From sequence record MW057918: a stretch of 45,053 nt of DNA, one strand, 5' to 3'. How positions within the stretch are numbered: the first letter of the stretch is position 1; each line of letters begins with the position of its first letter. This document shows, in pieces, positions 19,404-28,565 of this stretch. This DNA is from Escherichia phage Msk. The notes beneath the pieces are model-generated. The model was given only the letters and a program-made list of their open reading frames with translations, had not been told where the DNA came from and made no database searches. The translations under genes and the position numbers were made by a program.

Positions 19404-20053
19404 TGCAAATTTCAGAGTCATGCAAATCAATTTTAAACGCGCTGCACACTGCTAAATCGCTATTCGCAAAGGCTGAAAAGTCTAAGCAGAACTCACACCT
19501 TAAGAATAAATACGCTACCCTAGAAGACGTTTTGGCGGCCGTTGAGCCTGGACTTGATGAGTGCGGATTGGTGATGTTCCAGAGTGTGCTTGATGATGAA
19601 CAAACTAATCGCATGAAGGTTGAGACAAAGCTATTTCACGCAGAGTCAGGAGAATGGGTTAGCTTCTTGATGATTGTACCAATCAGTAAGAATGATGCGC
19701 AAGGTTACGGCTCAGCTTTAACATACGCTCGACGCTACGGAATCACGGCAGCTTTAGGTCTTAGCCAGGCGGATGATGATGGTAATCTAGCAGCTAAAGG
19801 TGTTAAAGACTTTAAGAGAGAACTCGAGAAATGCAATAATCTAGATGAGCTTCGTAATGTATGGAAAGAAGCCAAGCAATCACTTGATGCGGCAGGATGG
19901 AAGGTTTTTGAGCCTCACATTATCGAGAGAAAAGCAGAAATCGAAGCAAATGCGATGACTGGCTTTAACCCAGCAACACCAAAGAAAGTTGCAGAAAAAA
20001 GTAGTCCTGAAGAAAAGATTAAAGTAGAATCACAACAAATCGACACGTTCTAA
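19403..20053 (+). CDS. Single-strand annealing protein, ERF-like
   Basis: GYGSALTYARRYG segment and placement between exonuclease and SSB; family assignment from memory of motif only. Confidence 0.45.
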   Translation: MQISESCKSILNALHTAKSLFAKAEKSKQNSHLKNKYATLEDVLAAVEPGLDECGLVMFQSVLDDEQTNRMKVETKLFHAESGEWVSFLMIVPISKNDAQGYGSALTYARRYGITAALGLSQADDDGNLAAKGVKDFKRELEKCNNLDELRNVWKEAKQSLDAAGWKVFEPHIIERKAEIEANAMTGFNPATPKKVAEKSSPEEKIKVESQQIDTF

Positions 20054-20094
20054 ATTTAACGGGGCTTCGGCCCCAACAATAGAGAGATAAAAAC

Positions 20095-20529
20095 ATGCAC
20101 GTAATTACCGGTCAGATTCGCCGCGCTCCGTTCACCAAAGAAGGTCAAAACGCCAATGGTAACTGGAAGATGTTTGCGGTTGATTTGAGTGAGAGATACA
20201 AGGATAAAGATGGTCAAACTCAGTACACAAACTACCGCGCAGTACTTTTCGCCAAAGAGTCGATGCTGGATTGGTATAACGAAGCATTTCAGGAAGGTAA
20301 AGTTGTCAGCCTAAGCGCCGAGAGTTTGTCGGTTGATGTTCGCGATAAAGATGGCAAGACTTACGTTACAGTTAATATGAATAATCCTCGACTGGAATTT
20401 AGTCAGCGAGGTGATTCAGCGACACAACAGCAGATGCAAAACCAACAGCGTCAGCAACAGAAGCAGCAGCAACAACAGCGACAACAGCCACAACAGCAAA
20501 GTCAATTTGACGACGACATTCCTTTTTGA
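20095..20529 (+). CDS. ssb: Single-stranded DNA-binding protein
   Basis: OB-fold-sized N-terminal domain, Q-rich linker, canonical acidic C-terminal tail DDDIPF. Confidence 0.85.
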   Translation: MHVITGQIRRAPFTKEGQNANGNWKMFAVDLSERYKDKDGQTQYTNYRAVLFAKESMLDWYNEAFQEGKVVSLSAESLSVDVRDKDGKTYVTVNMNNPRLEFSQRGDSATQQQMQNQQRQQQKQQQQQRQQPQQQSQFDDDIPF

Positions 20530-20539
20530 TGTAAAATAT

Positions 20540-20566
20540 AAAGCCCCTTTCGGGGCTTTTTTATTT
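20540..20566. terminator. Bidirectional rho-independent terminator (ssb operon / tailspike)
   Basis: aaagcccctttcggggctttttt flanked by A-run and T-run. Confidence 0.7.
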
Positions 20567-23015
20567 AATAAATTTTTACATCTGGAGAAATTCCAACGCA
20601 AGTCCAGCGCGAGAACTTGGCATCATAAACGAATGACATTCCAATTTGTCTCCCCTCAGATGGAGTTGTGAATGAGCCAACTCTAAACTTATTGCTAAAT
20701 GAAACGGATGGACGCCGGCCGCCTGAAAGGTTGTAAATTATGAAGTCTATCCTCTGTGCATCTCTTGCGTTATCCTGAACATCAATAACTACAGGACTTG
20801 AATCAATTACAACGGTTGCAAGACTTGTTCTTAGTGGGTTAAATAGAATACTACCACCAGATAGCTGAACCCTTTTTTGAACGGGGTTAGAAGAATCCGT
20901 GTACAACCCTGTGTTTATATTATACAAAGCCTCCCATGAATTCAGTTTTGAGTCATCAATCACTGTTGCATACTGCCCAAATAGTATAGTCCCTTCTACA
21001 TGGTTTCCTGAAGCTCCATTATAAAAATCAAAACCAGAAGCTGATCCACCAACAAACCTATTAGCTCTAGCTCCGTTAACTTGAATTGATGGAGACTGAA
21101 AACCTGACTTCAGGCCATTGAACAAGTTTCCTGTCGCCGTCTTCCTAAGAACGACGTCACCACCAGAGTTGACCTCAAGGTCGCAACCAATAACAGTGTT
21201 AGTTACTGCTGTTATGCCTAGGTCTGACTCATGACCGAAAGAAAACCCATACTTATTTCCCTCGCTGGTTCCACCAATAAATGTCGTATTACTGCAGAAT
21301 GTAGCCTCAATTCCTGATTCTGTTACATGCTCGCAAGTTGGGTTAATAAAAAGATCTGCAGATGTGCCGCGGAAGTTCACAGCGCCAGCCTCTGCGTCAA
21401 TTAATATGCCGTACGTAGGCGTCGTTGTGAAGGTCTCAACGTTACCAGAGCACACAAAGTTATTATGCACGCATAGCTGAGTCCACCAGCAGTGTAAACC
21501 AGCCCTTCTAATGTTCGTAGCCATTAGGTTGTCAAAGCATGATGATATGACACCCCTTAATGAAAAGCCATCACTAGCATACCCATTCCCATCGACAATG
21601 ATGTTGCTCATATATGAGTTGTATGCCCAATAATCTAGGTTTACATCCCTATGATCCATTTGGATGACGTAATCATGAGGTCCGCTAGTTAGTGAGATTC
21701 TTGCGCCTTTCTCACCGATAATTGTTGCTGGCCTCAGAAAGTTTAATGGCTGAGATGTAAGATAATTACCTTTAGGAATATGTATAGCAATAGCGTTGTT
21801 TCTAGATGCCTCAACAGCGGCAAGCAATGCCTGAGTATCATCTGTTACACCATCACCAACAGCGCCAAAGTCCTTCTTAATATCGACATGAGTAAGTAAA
21901 GCGTTTACCTCTGGCTTTGAGTAAACATCAAGATTTGTTCTTGCTGCTGACTTATTTGCAACATCAGAGAAATTCAATGATTTTTGAAAAGTCTCATTTT
22001 TTGAATAAACATCAAGATTTGTTCTTGCTGCTGACTTATTTGCAACATCAGAGAAATTCAATGATTTTTGAAAAGTCTCATTTTTTGAATAAACATCAAG
22101 TAAGTTTCTAGCCCTCGATGCCGTAGCTCCACCTCCGGACTTGCCAGCCTCAACCATCACCATTTCCCTACCTGGTGCATAAACCCTGCTTCCGGGCGCT
22201 CCCACAAACTGAATGTAAATCTCCCTGCTATACTGGTTGCTTGTTGAAGATTGGCCTACAACTCGCAAGGAGTGCGTGGTTGTATTGCTTGACTTTGATA
22301 TTACCTGAATGCATAAAGCAGCAATTGATGTTCCAAATGTTGAGATTATGTCATTTGGAGCATTTATCATTGATGAAACGTTAACCATATAAAGGCCACC
22401 GGATTTAAAAACAAATTCCTGCCAATCAAAATTGCTTATCAATGGCGTAGTGTCTGTCGCCAATCCATATCCGGCAAGAGTTACCAACGTTCCGGCATCC
22501 CCGGCGTTATTAATTGCTTTAATCGTCTGATCTCTTGCTGCAGTGGTCGTGTCTCTTGCACTAATAGCAGTAGCGGCGCTCTCTTCGGCAGCAATCTGGC
22601 TAGCAAGAGCCTCAGCAGCTCCAGTGGTGGATTGTTTTGCAAGCTGCTCGAAGAGAGGCCAGTCGAAAGTGTCTTGACCAATAAATTGCAACAATCCTTC
22701 GATTGATGTCTCCTTTGACTGGTAGTAACGCAAAGTCTCTGCTACATCCTGAGCCAACCCCTGAACGGTAATTCCATCGTGCGCAAGAATTGCATAACCA
22801 GTTCCGGAAGGAACAGTTTCAGAGTTAGGGTTGTAAACATTAATCTGAGTATCGCTGATGATTTCAGAGATGGTATAAATCTTCAGGGGGCTGGTTTTAA
22901 AAATAATGGTTGCACCTACGCGAATAAGTGTAAGCGGTGCTTTCCATGTTGTACCCACGCCAGTTACCTCGCCATTTGCGGCCAGCGACGCTGTTCCTAA
23001 GTCATAAATTGCCAT
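20565..23015 (-). CDS. Tailspike with pectate-lyase-type beta-helix (putative polysaccharide depolymerase)
   Basis: ATG at 23015 with GGAGAA SD; DFGAVGDGVTDDTQAL signature of pectate_lyase_3-type tailspikes; internal perfect 28-aa tandem repeat. Confidence 0.7.
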   Translation of the reverse strand: MAIYDLGTASLAANGEVTGVGTTWKAPLTLIRVGATIIFKTSPLKIYTISEIISDTQINVYNPNSETVPSGTGYAILAHDGITVQGLAQDVAETLRYYQSKETSIEGLLQFIGQDTFDWPLFEQLAKQSTTGAAEALASQIAAEESAATAISARDTTTAARDQTIKAINNAGDAGTLVTLAGYGLATDTTPLISNFDWQEFVFKSGGLYMVNVSSMINAPNDIISTFGTSIAALCIQVISKSSNTTTHSLRVVGQSSTSNQYSREIYIQFVGAPGSRVYAPGREMVMVEAGKSGGGATASRARNLLDVYSKNETFQKSLNFSDVANKSAARTNLDVYSKNETFQKSLNFSDVANKSAARTNLDVYSKPEVNALLTHVDIKKDFGAVGDGVTDDTQALLAAVEASRNNAIAIHIPKGNYLTSQPLNFLRPATIIGEKGARISLTSGPHDYVIQMDHRDVNLDYWAYNSYMSNIIVDGNGYASDGFSLRGVISSCFDNLMATNIRRAGLHCWWTQLCVHNNFVCSGNVETFTTTPTYGILIDAEAGAVNFRGTSADLFINPTCEHVTESGIEATFCSNTTFIGGTSEGNKYGFSFGHESDLGITAVTNTVIGCDLEVNSGGDVVLRKTATGNLFNGLKSGFQSPSIQVNGARANRFVGGSASGFDFYNGASGNHVEGTILFGQYATVIDDSKLNSWEALYNINTGLYTDSSNPVQKRVQLSGGSILFNPLRTSLATVVIDSSPVVIDVQDNARDAQRIDFIIYNLSGGRRPSVSFSNKFRVGSFTTPSEGRQIGMSFVYDAKFSRWTCVGISPDVKIY
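21923..22100. repeat. Perfect 84-bp tandem duplication (2 copies plus 10-bp partial) inside tailspike coding sequence
   Basis: Identical 84-bp units at 21923-22006 and 22007-22090 seen directly. Confidence 0.85.
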
Positions 23016-23036
23016 TGTGTAAATTCTCCATTTGTA

Positions 23037-23055
23037 AAATAGCACGAATTGCTAA
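23037..23055. promoter_or_regulatory. Motif copy (AAATAGCACGAATTGCTAA) 22 bp upstream of tailspike start codon
   Basis: Motif lies between a TACAAT hexamer and the tailspike SD on the minus strand; lacks the usual downstream hexamer/leader. Confidence 0.35.
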
Positions 23056-23079
23056 GTTGGATTGTAGCATCTTTCAGGC

Positions 23080-23106
23080 ATAAAAAAAACCTCCCAAAGG
23101 AGGTTA
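23080..23106 (-). terminator. Rho-independent terminator after primase gene
   Basis: minus strand reads acctcctttgggaggtttttttt. Confidence 0.65.
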
Positions 23107-24030
23107 GTCTATTAATTCGCTTGCTTTGTATATTCGCTTTCTTATGCCAGACTTGAAAAAATTATCATCATTTGGCATTACAACATCAAGATTGCGATCA
23201 TCAGCAACGGCAAGTAAATCAAAAGAGTGGCGAGTACAAGCGACGCGTAACTTGTAGTTTCTAAGCGCATAAGCAACCATTTCCATGTTGTAGCTGGAGT
23301 GGCAAACAAGCACGCAGCGGTTGCCACTAGCAAGATGAACGCGAACACCATCAATCCAATTATCGACCAGATAAGCGTACTCACTATCCTTAAAGGCACC
23401 AATAACAGCCACAGATTGGCGAGTATAATCTTTTGCAGCATAACTAACATCTCCCTCTTCATTTATAAAAATTACATTGCACATCTCATCTGACACGCCG
23501 TCACTATAAGCCATAAAGCACGGCACTGCGTGTATTAGTTCACCAGATTTAGCCCTACCAACATCAAAGCCGAACTCGCTATAGATACCCTCGTATATAC
23601 TGAGTGGAGTTGATTCTACTCTTTCCGTCCTTCCCATTATCTCTAAGCATCTTTCGTGGTCAATCTGAGCGCCCATTTTGTATGGTGATGTTCTTGAAGC
23701 TCTTTTGTTTGCTTTTGATATAACCTCTACTGGAACTAGATTCAGCCAATCACCAAGCGTATCTATTGTTTCACTATAACTCATTCCGGAACACTTCATT
23801 ACCCAACCAACACCAGAATCATTTCCGCACTGGTTGCATATTGCTGCGCCATTTCCCTTTTCCTGACCTAACTCATCAGTGAAGCGAAACCTATCCCTTC
23901 CAAAGCAGTAAGGGCACGGACCATGTTTCTTGCTGAGATTCTCCTTTGTCCATCCAAGGTGCGATGAGTAGAAATCACTCCACATTCCCTTCATTTTTGC
24001 TATCACTTCGTTCTTATCATGGTGACTCAT
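23104..24030 (-). CDS. Putative DNA primase (zinc-binding motif plus TOPRIM-like region)
   Basis: ATG at 24030 with GGAGGT SD; CPYCFG...CNQCG zinc-ribbon-like motif; acidic D-rich TOPRIM-like C-terminal half. Confidence 0.45.
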   Translation of the reverse strand: MSHHDKNEVIAKMKGMWSDFYSSHLGWTKENLSKKHGPCPYCFGRDRFRFTDELGQEKGNGAAICNQCGNDSGVGWVMKCSGMSYSETIDTLGDWLNLVPVEVISKANKRASRTSPYKMGAQIDHERCLEIMGRTERVESTPLSIYEGIYSEFGFDVGRAKSGELIHAVPCFMAYSDGVSDEMCNVIFINEEGDVSYAAKDYTRQSVAVIGAFKDSEYAYLVDNWIDGVRVHLASGNRCVLVCHSSYNMEMVAYALRNYKLRVACTRHSFDLLAVADDRNLDVVMPNDDNFFKSGIRKRIYKASELID

Positions 24031-24062
24031 AGTTACCTCCATAAACAATAAATGCACTATAC

Positions 24063-24102
24063 ACAATGTATAGCGCCACTGTTTATCAATTCGTGCTATT
24101 TC
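24063..24102 (-). promoter_or_regulatory. Motif-class promoter (variant AAATAGCACGAATTGATAAA, 22 bp, TATAGT) for primase
   Basis: Motif at 24086-24102 minus strand, hexamer 22 bp downstream. Confidence 0.4.
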
Positions 24103-24578
24103 CCTTGCTCTTTAGCTTTTCGCGCTGCCTCGTTAGCGGCCTTAATCTTGCGCCATGATCGACACTCTGTCTTGGTGGCTAATTCAGCCTCAGTAACAAC
24201 ACGCAGCATGTGACGCTTTTTGCAACGAAGAGTTAGCGGCTTCCCGTTACCGTCGAATTGCAAATCTGGTCGGCAGAATGTGGCGCGAAAACCTTCTCCA
24301 TTTCGCTTGTAGTAGTTGTGCGACAGCTGGGCGCCACGTGCCGATATCATGCCGCGCTTAAACCATTGTTCTACAGCCTGTGGTGTTACCTTTAACTGCT
24401 TTGCGATATTCGCCTTTGTGCCGAAGAAATCAAGAACTATCTCCAGGCGTGCCCGTAACCCTGCTCTTACTTCATCCTTTAAAACGTAGTAACCTGAAGG
24501 TCGTTTACGTTGCTTTTTGTCTTCAGTGCGGATAGTTCCGTTGTTGCCGTTAATGGTTCTCTTGTCGACTGTATTCAT
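24096..24578 (-). CDS. Putative HTH DNA-binding regulator (Cro/YdaS-like) with basic C-terminus
   Basis: TKANIAKQLKVTPQAVEQWFKRG helix-turn-helix-like segment; divergent from helicase gene. Confidence 0.45.
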   Translation of the reverse strand: MNTVDKRTINGNNGTIRTEDKKQRKRPSGYYVLKDEVRAGLRARLEIVLDFFGTKANIAKQLKVTPQAVEQWFKRGMISARGAQLSHNYYKRNGEGFRATFCRPDLQFDGNGKPLTLRCKKRHMLRVVTEAELATKTECRSWRKIKAANEAARKAKEQGK

Positions 24579-24679
24579 CTTATTACCTCAATAGCATTTT
24601 TTGTTAAAAGTAATTCTGATTTGATGTTAGTATTGTACTTAATTGAACGCTACAAGACAATTTTTATAGGAGTTTAGAT

Positions 24680-26674
24680 ATGTTGCCTATCGAGAAGCTG
24701 GTTGCAAACTTCGATAAAGAAAGAATCAAGCAGATTCAGAAAGATTACCAGTTTGGCGAGATAACCCCTTACGAATTCCAGTGCGTTACATTTGACGTAA
24801 TTGGGAAGGCTATTGGCAAGTACGAAGCGCCATTTATCGCAGACCTTTCCGTATCGGCTGGTAAGACAATCATTCTTGCTATGATTGGAAAGCGAATGGA
24901 GCAGCTTGGTCTTCCTTATATGGTTCTCTCTCGCCAGTCAGAGATAATCAGCCAGAACTCAGAAGAGCTTCGTAATTTCGGGATCCGTAACAGCGTATAT
25001 TGCGCTGGCCTTAACGTTAAATCAGTTTACTACCCAACCATAGTTGCTAGCGAAGGAACTGCGGCTAATGGCTTATTTAAGGGGCTTGGTGACTATGTTC
25101 CTGCCGTTATAGCTATAGATGAATGTCACATGCTTGATACCATAGATATTGTGGAAGCCGAAGAGAATGAAGAAACATTTGAGCAAATGAGCACAAAGAA
25201 GGGCGAGATGGTTTTTAAGGATGGCGTTAATACTGGATTGCTTGGTACTGGTCGTGCGCAGTACACGCTAATAATCACTGAGATGAAGCGTCGCTGCCGT
25301 GAAAAATACGGGCGGGAGCTTCGTATATTCGGCCTTACTGGTAGCCCTTATCGAAACAATGACCATATCGTCGTCAGCAATCCAAACATCCGTGGGTTCT
25401 GGCGAAAAGCTGTGATTCATGTTCCAACAAATTACCTTGTTGATTTGGGATTCGTGGTTCCTACTGTTTATGGCGAGGTTGGCGATTTAGGTTATGACCT
25501 TAGCGAGTTTGTTCCAGACGGTAGTGATGGCGTGAAAGACTTTAGCAGAAAAGAAATGGATGCAATGGTCGCAAAGATTCACGACAACCAAACCATGACA
25601 CAAAAGATAATGCAGTTTGTCGTCAAAATACTGGAGACTCGCAACGCCGCATTGGTCACCTGCGCCGGAAAACTCCATTGCAGCGAAGCGGCTTCCGCAC
25701 TGCCTGACGGATACCCTTACGCTATTATCACCGATTCTACCGGAGAGAGGAAGCGCAGAGAGATTCTTGCAGATTGCCAGACTGGAAAGTACAAGATTAT
25801 CTTTCAGATTGGATGTCTAACCACGGGTGTAAACCAACCGCTGTGGGATACTAGCGTCATACTACGCAAGATTGGCAGTCTAACCTTAATGATTCAGCTT
25901 CTTGGTCGTGGCATGCGAAAACTAAAAAAGGCGCACATAGATGCTGGGTTCAAGAAGGAGGACCACTTGGTATTAGACTTTGCCGGAGCGCTTGATGACA
26001 TGGCAGAGCTTTACTTTGACCCGATAATTGAAGAGATTCAGGCTGAAAAGTTTAAAACATCAAGGAGGAGTGGTGATGAGGTTCGCCAGTGTCCGCAGTG
26101 TGGATATGATAACTCGCCATTTGCTCGACGCTGTAGCAATAAGATTAATGGCGTTAGATGCGATCACTTTTTCCAGTTCACAACATGTGAGGATATTACC
26201 GACCAACAAACAAAGGCGGTAATCAAGAAAGGTTGTGGAACTAAAAATGACATAGCAGCAAAAGTTTGTCGTGAATGCGGAGAAATGCTTAAAGACCCAA
26301 ACGCTAACCTGACTGGAAAGATGTATCGTCGCGGAGACTATTTGCGTGTTTATGACTTCCAGGTTGGATTAAGCAAAAATAAAACTGGTATAGTAGTTAA
26401 GTATAATATCATGGCGCACAACGGAGAGAGGTTTAACGCGTGGGAGTTCTTTAACCCAGAATCAGACCATAGGGTTTGTAGTGTGCTTTGGAAAAACTTT
26501 TGCCTTGCTCACATTGAAAATCGCGCTGAAGCAGCACGGATTGGTAAAATTCGTAACGCAAAAATGATTATGATGAATGTAGATAAATTCCGTGCTCCAG
26601 TGCAAGTTACACACAGGAAGAACGGAAAGGGGAAGGATGTGATCGCATACAAGAATTTTGGAGAATTGAAATGA
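24680..26674 (+). CDS. SF2 helicase (DExH-box) with C-terminal Cys-rich zinc-finger-like region
   Basis: Walker A VSAGKT, DECH box, later helicase-C-like region, multiple CxxC pairs. Confidence 0.7.
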   Translation: MLPIEKLVANFDKERIKQIQKDYQFGEITPYEFQCVTFDVIGKAIGKYEAPFIADLSVSAGKTIILAMIGKRMEQLGLPYMVLSRQSEIISQNSEELRNFGIRNSVYCAGLNVKSVYYPTIVASEGTAANGLFKGLGDYVPAVIAIDECHMLDTIDIVEAEENEETFEQMSTKKGEMVFKDGVNTGLLGTGRAQYTLIITEMKRRCREKYGRELRIFGLTGSPYRNNDHIVVSNPNIRGFWRKAVIHVPTNYLVDLGFVVPTVYGEVGDLGYDLSEFVPDGSDGVKDFSRKEMDAMVAKIHDNQTMTQKIMQFVVKILETRNAALVTCAGKLHCSEAASALPDGYPYAIITDSTGERKRREILADCQTGKYKIIFQIGCLTTGVNQPLWDTSVILRKIGSLTLMIQLLGRGMRKLKKAHIDAGFKKEDHLVLDFAGALDDMAELYFDPIIEEIQAEKFKTSRRSGDEVRQCPQCGYDNSPFARRCSNKINGVRCDHFFQFTTCEDITDQQTKAVIKKGCGTKNDIAAKVCRECGEMLKDPNANLTGKMYRRGDYLRVYDFQVGLSKNKTGIVVKYNIMAHNGERFNAWEFFNPESDHRVCSVLWKNFCLAHIENRAEAARIGKIRNAKMIMMNVDKFRAPVQVTHRKNGKGKDVIAYKNFGELK

Positions 26675-27090
26675 ATATTACAGACAAAGTTGATTACATT
26701 GAGTTTTACCCGGGCCCGGTTAAGTCATGTCCTAAAGAGGATGACGAACAAATCTTTTGTTCTGATTGGGTTAAGTATAACTACCCGGATATGGTATTTT
26801 TCCACTGCGTGAATGAGGGTAAGAAAACCATTGGTCAAGCAAGAAAGGACCAGGCTAAAGGATTGCTTAAAGGGGTTTCGGACTGCTTATTCCTTATACC
26901 TGAATCACTGCGAGGCAAATACCCATTTGGCGCTATAGAGCTAAAGAGAGCAGGTAAAACGCAAGCTAGCCCAGTTAGCGATGAGCAGAAGTCATTCCTA
27001 AAAAGCGTAAGAGAATCAGGTGGCTTCTCCGCAGTAGCCTATGGCAGAGGTGGCTTTCTTGCAGCATTCGCAGAGATGATTCGAAAATAG
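26671..27090 (+). CDS. VRR-NUC domain nuclease
   Basis: GAIELKRAGKTQASPVSDEQKSFL pattern typical of VRR-NUC; overlaps helicase stop. Confidence 0.6.
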   Translation: MNITDKVDYIEFYPGPVKSCPKEDDEQIFCSDWVKYNYPDMVFFHCVNEGKKTIGQARKDQAKGLLKGVSDCLFLIPESLRGKYPFGAIELKRAGKTQASPVSDEQKSFLKSVRESGGFSAVAYGRGGFLAAFAEMIRK

Positions 27091-27133
27091 CACGAATTGC
27101 TAAAGACGAATCGGTGAGGTGGTGTATTATCAA
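27085..27133 (+). promoter_or_regulatory. Motif-class promoter copy 1 of duplicated block
   Basis: aaatagcacgaattgctaaag, 22 bp, tattat, leader catcgaaacgaaa. Confidence 0.45.
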
Positions 27134-27166
27134 CTCATCGAAACGAAACACTCACAAAAAAGGTGA

Positions 27167-27266
27167 GAAGTTGCAAACGTAGGCCGGAGCAACGAAAGAC
27201 GTTTCAAAATATGATGTGACAAACCCATGAGAAAGGAAGTTGCAAACGTAGGCCGGAGCAACGAAA
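27167..27266. repeat. Two direct copies of 31-bp element gaagttgcaaacgtaggccggagcaacgaaa (27167-27197, 27236-27266)
   Basis: Exact direct repeat 69 bp apart in a non-coding region; contains gttgc/gcaac inverted repeat. Confidence 0.8.
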
Positions 27267-27294
27267 ATCACATCATAATAAATTATAACTTAGT

Positions 27295-27343
27295 AAATAG
27301 CACGAATTGCTAAAGAGGAATCGGTGAGGTGGTGTATTATCAC
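27295..27343 (+). promoter_or_regulatory. Motif-class promoter copy 2 of duplicated block, driving 27377
   Basis: Near-identical to 27085-27150 (aaatagcacgaattgctaaag...tattatca...catcgaaacga). Confidence 0.5.
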
Positions 27344-27376
27344 TTCATCGAAACGAGACGCAGAGAGAGAAATAAA

Positions 27377-27571
27377 ATGTCTACTATCTTTACTGGTAAA
27401 ATCTACGAATCACGCAAAACTGGTTACGAGTATGAATTAGTAATCACCGCTGATGGTTATGTTCTTGACGATGGTGAAGGTTATTCTTTCGAAGTCAGCC
27501 CAACCTACAAAGATGATTTAGAAACTGTTAAAAACGAATTTGGCGAAAAATTTGATGAGATATCTGAATAA
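27377..27571 (+). CDS. Hypothetical small acidic protein
   Basis: ATG at 27377 after AGAGAGAAATAAA; ORF-track 5' extension would overlap the promoter. Confidence 0.45.
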   Translation: MSTIFTGKIYESRKTGYEYELVITADGYVLDDGEGYSFEVSPTYKDDLETVKNEFGEKFDEISE

Positions 27572-27789
27572 TGCAAATCTTAACCTTTGACAAACAATGG
27601 GAGCTATTTCAGGCAATGGCGGTTCAGGAGCTACACAATGCTGGTTATAAAGGTGACTCATGGTTTTTAGCAGGATGCCTTGATTACAGCTTTGAAGAAG
27701 ATTACTTGCGAACGGACATCGAAACATGGCGCGAACGCATGGTTGCAGACATTGCAGAAATGAAGAAAGATATCCCGGAGGATTTTTAA
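27571..27789 (+). CDS. Hypothetical protein
   Basis: 72-aa ORF coupled by ATGA-type overlap. Confidence 0.4.
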   Translation: MQILTFDKQWELFQAMAVQELHNAGYKGDSWFLAGCLDYSFEEDYLRTDIETWRERMVADIAEMKKDIPEDF

Positions 27790-27868
27790 CAATGAAAATC
27801 GTAGATAAAGAGATTTTCCAGATTGCTCAAATTTATGCGAAGCAAGCAGTTAGAGATAATGACAATTA

Positions 27869-28162
27869 TTGCTGGATGCTAGCAAAAGAGTATATAAAAA
27901 TGGCTTATGGCTTATGATAGTTGAAACCGGACGAGACGCAGTATGGGCGCACTGTGGAGAGGCGGGGTTGCAGGATGACATTAAGCAGATATCCCGCTTC
28001 TTTGACATAAAAGATATCAGCGTTGTGTTTAATGGTAAATTCTCTTACATGGATGAGCGACCAAGAAAATACGTAAGAGTTAAGCCAGGTGTGAGAATTG
28101 ATGTTAATGAGTTCCTTAAATCAAAGGGACTCAAGTTTAAGATAACGAATCCTAAGGATTGA
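27869..28162 (+). CDS. Hypothetical protein (true start may be the internal ATG near 27913)
   Basis: 97-aa ORF; alternative coupled start downstream. Confidence 0.35.
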   Translation: MLDASKRVYKNGLWLMIVETGRDAVWAHCGEAGLQDDIKQISRFFDIKDISVVFNGKFSYMDERPRKYVRVKPGVRIDVNEFLKSKGLKFKITNPKD

Positions 28163-28313
28163 TTATGAAGCCACAAGAATATTCAGCATTGGTTAACGGG
28201 TTGCTTGATATTTCTATAAAATTCAAGGACACGCAGCAGTTAAGAGAGCAGCTATCGCGAGAACTATCAAGGCATGGTATTAGGCCGAGACATAAGATGA
28301 AAAAGGATTAAAC

Positions 28314-28565
28314 ATGTTGGGTTTAGATTTTCAGCCAGATCATTATGATTTAGTTCATGGCAGTAGCGGTGCTAAGTTTAGGGCGATACCTATTGCTGAT
28401 TGGTTCCCACCTGATTATGTGGATGTTAATGCTAAGACGAAGGATGGTAAGTGGGTACATATTTACTACTCGCCAGCTTGCGGTAATCTATGCATGACAG
28501 ACCTGGACCAGAAATTAGCAATTAGTGCGGATTTAATTGATTATTGGTTGAAAGAGGTTGTATGA
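28314..28565 (+). CDS. Hypothetical protein
   Basis: 83-aa ORF. Confidence 0.4.
   Translation: MLGLDFQPDHYDLVHGSSGAKFRAIPIADWFPPDYVDVNAKTKDGKWVHIYYSPACGNLCMTDLDQKLAISADLIDYWLKEVV

Noticed and set aside
20440-20510. CAG/CAA-rich repeat in the ssb gene as a microsatellite or mobile repeat
   Set aside because: It encodes the Q-rich flexible linker preceding the canonical DDDIPF tail of SSB, so it is coding low complexity rather than an independent repeat element.
23037-23055. Motif copy at 23037 as a plus-strand promoter
   Set aside because: Nothing is encoded downstream on the plus strand before the terminator hairpin, and the usual hexamer and leader are missing. It is more plausibly an operator or activator site for the minus-strand tailspike gene.
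27167-27266. Direct repeats at 27.1-27.3 kb as a possible CRISPR array
   Set aside because: Only two copies of the 31-bp unit, separated by a non-unique 38-bp segment, with no cas genes. Better explained as iterons or a duplicated leader.
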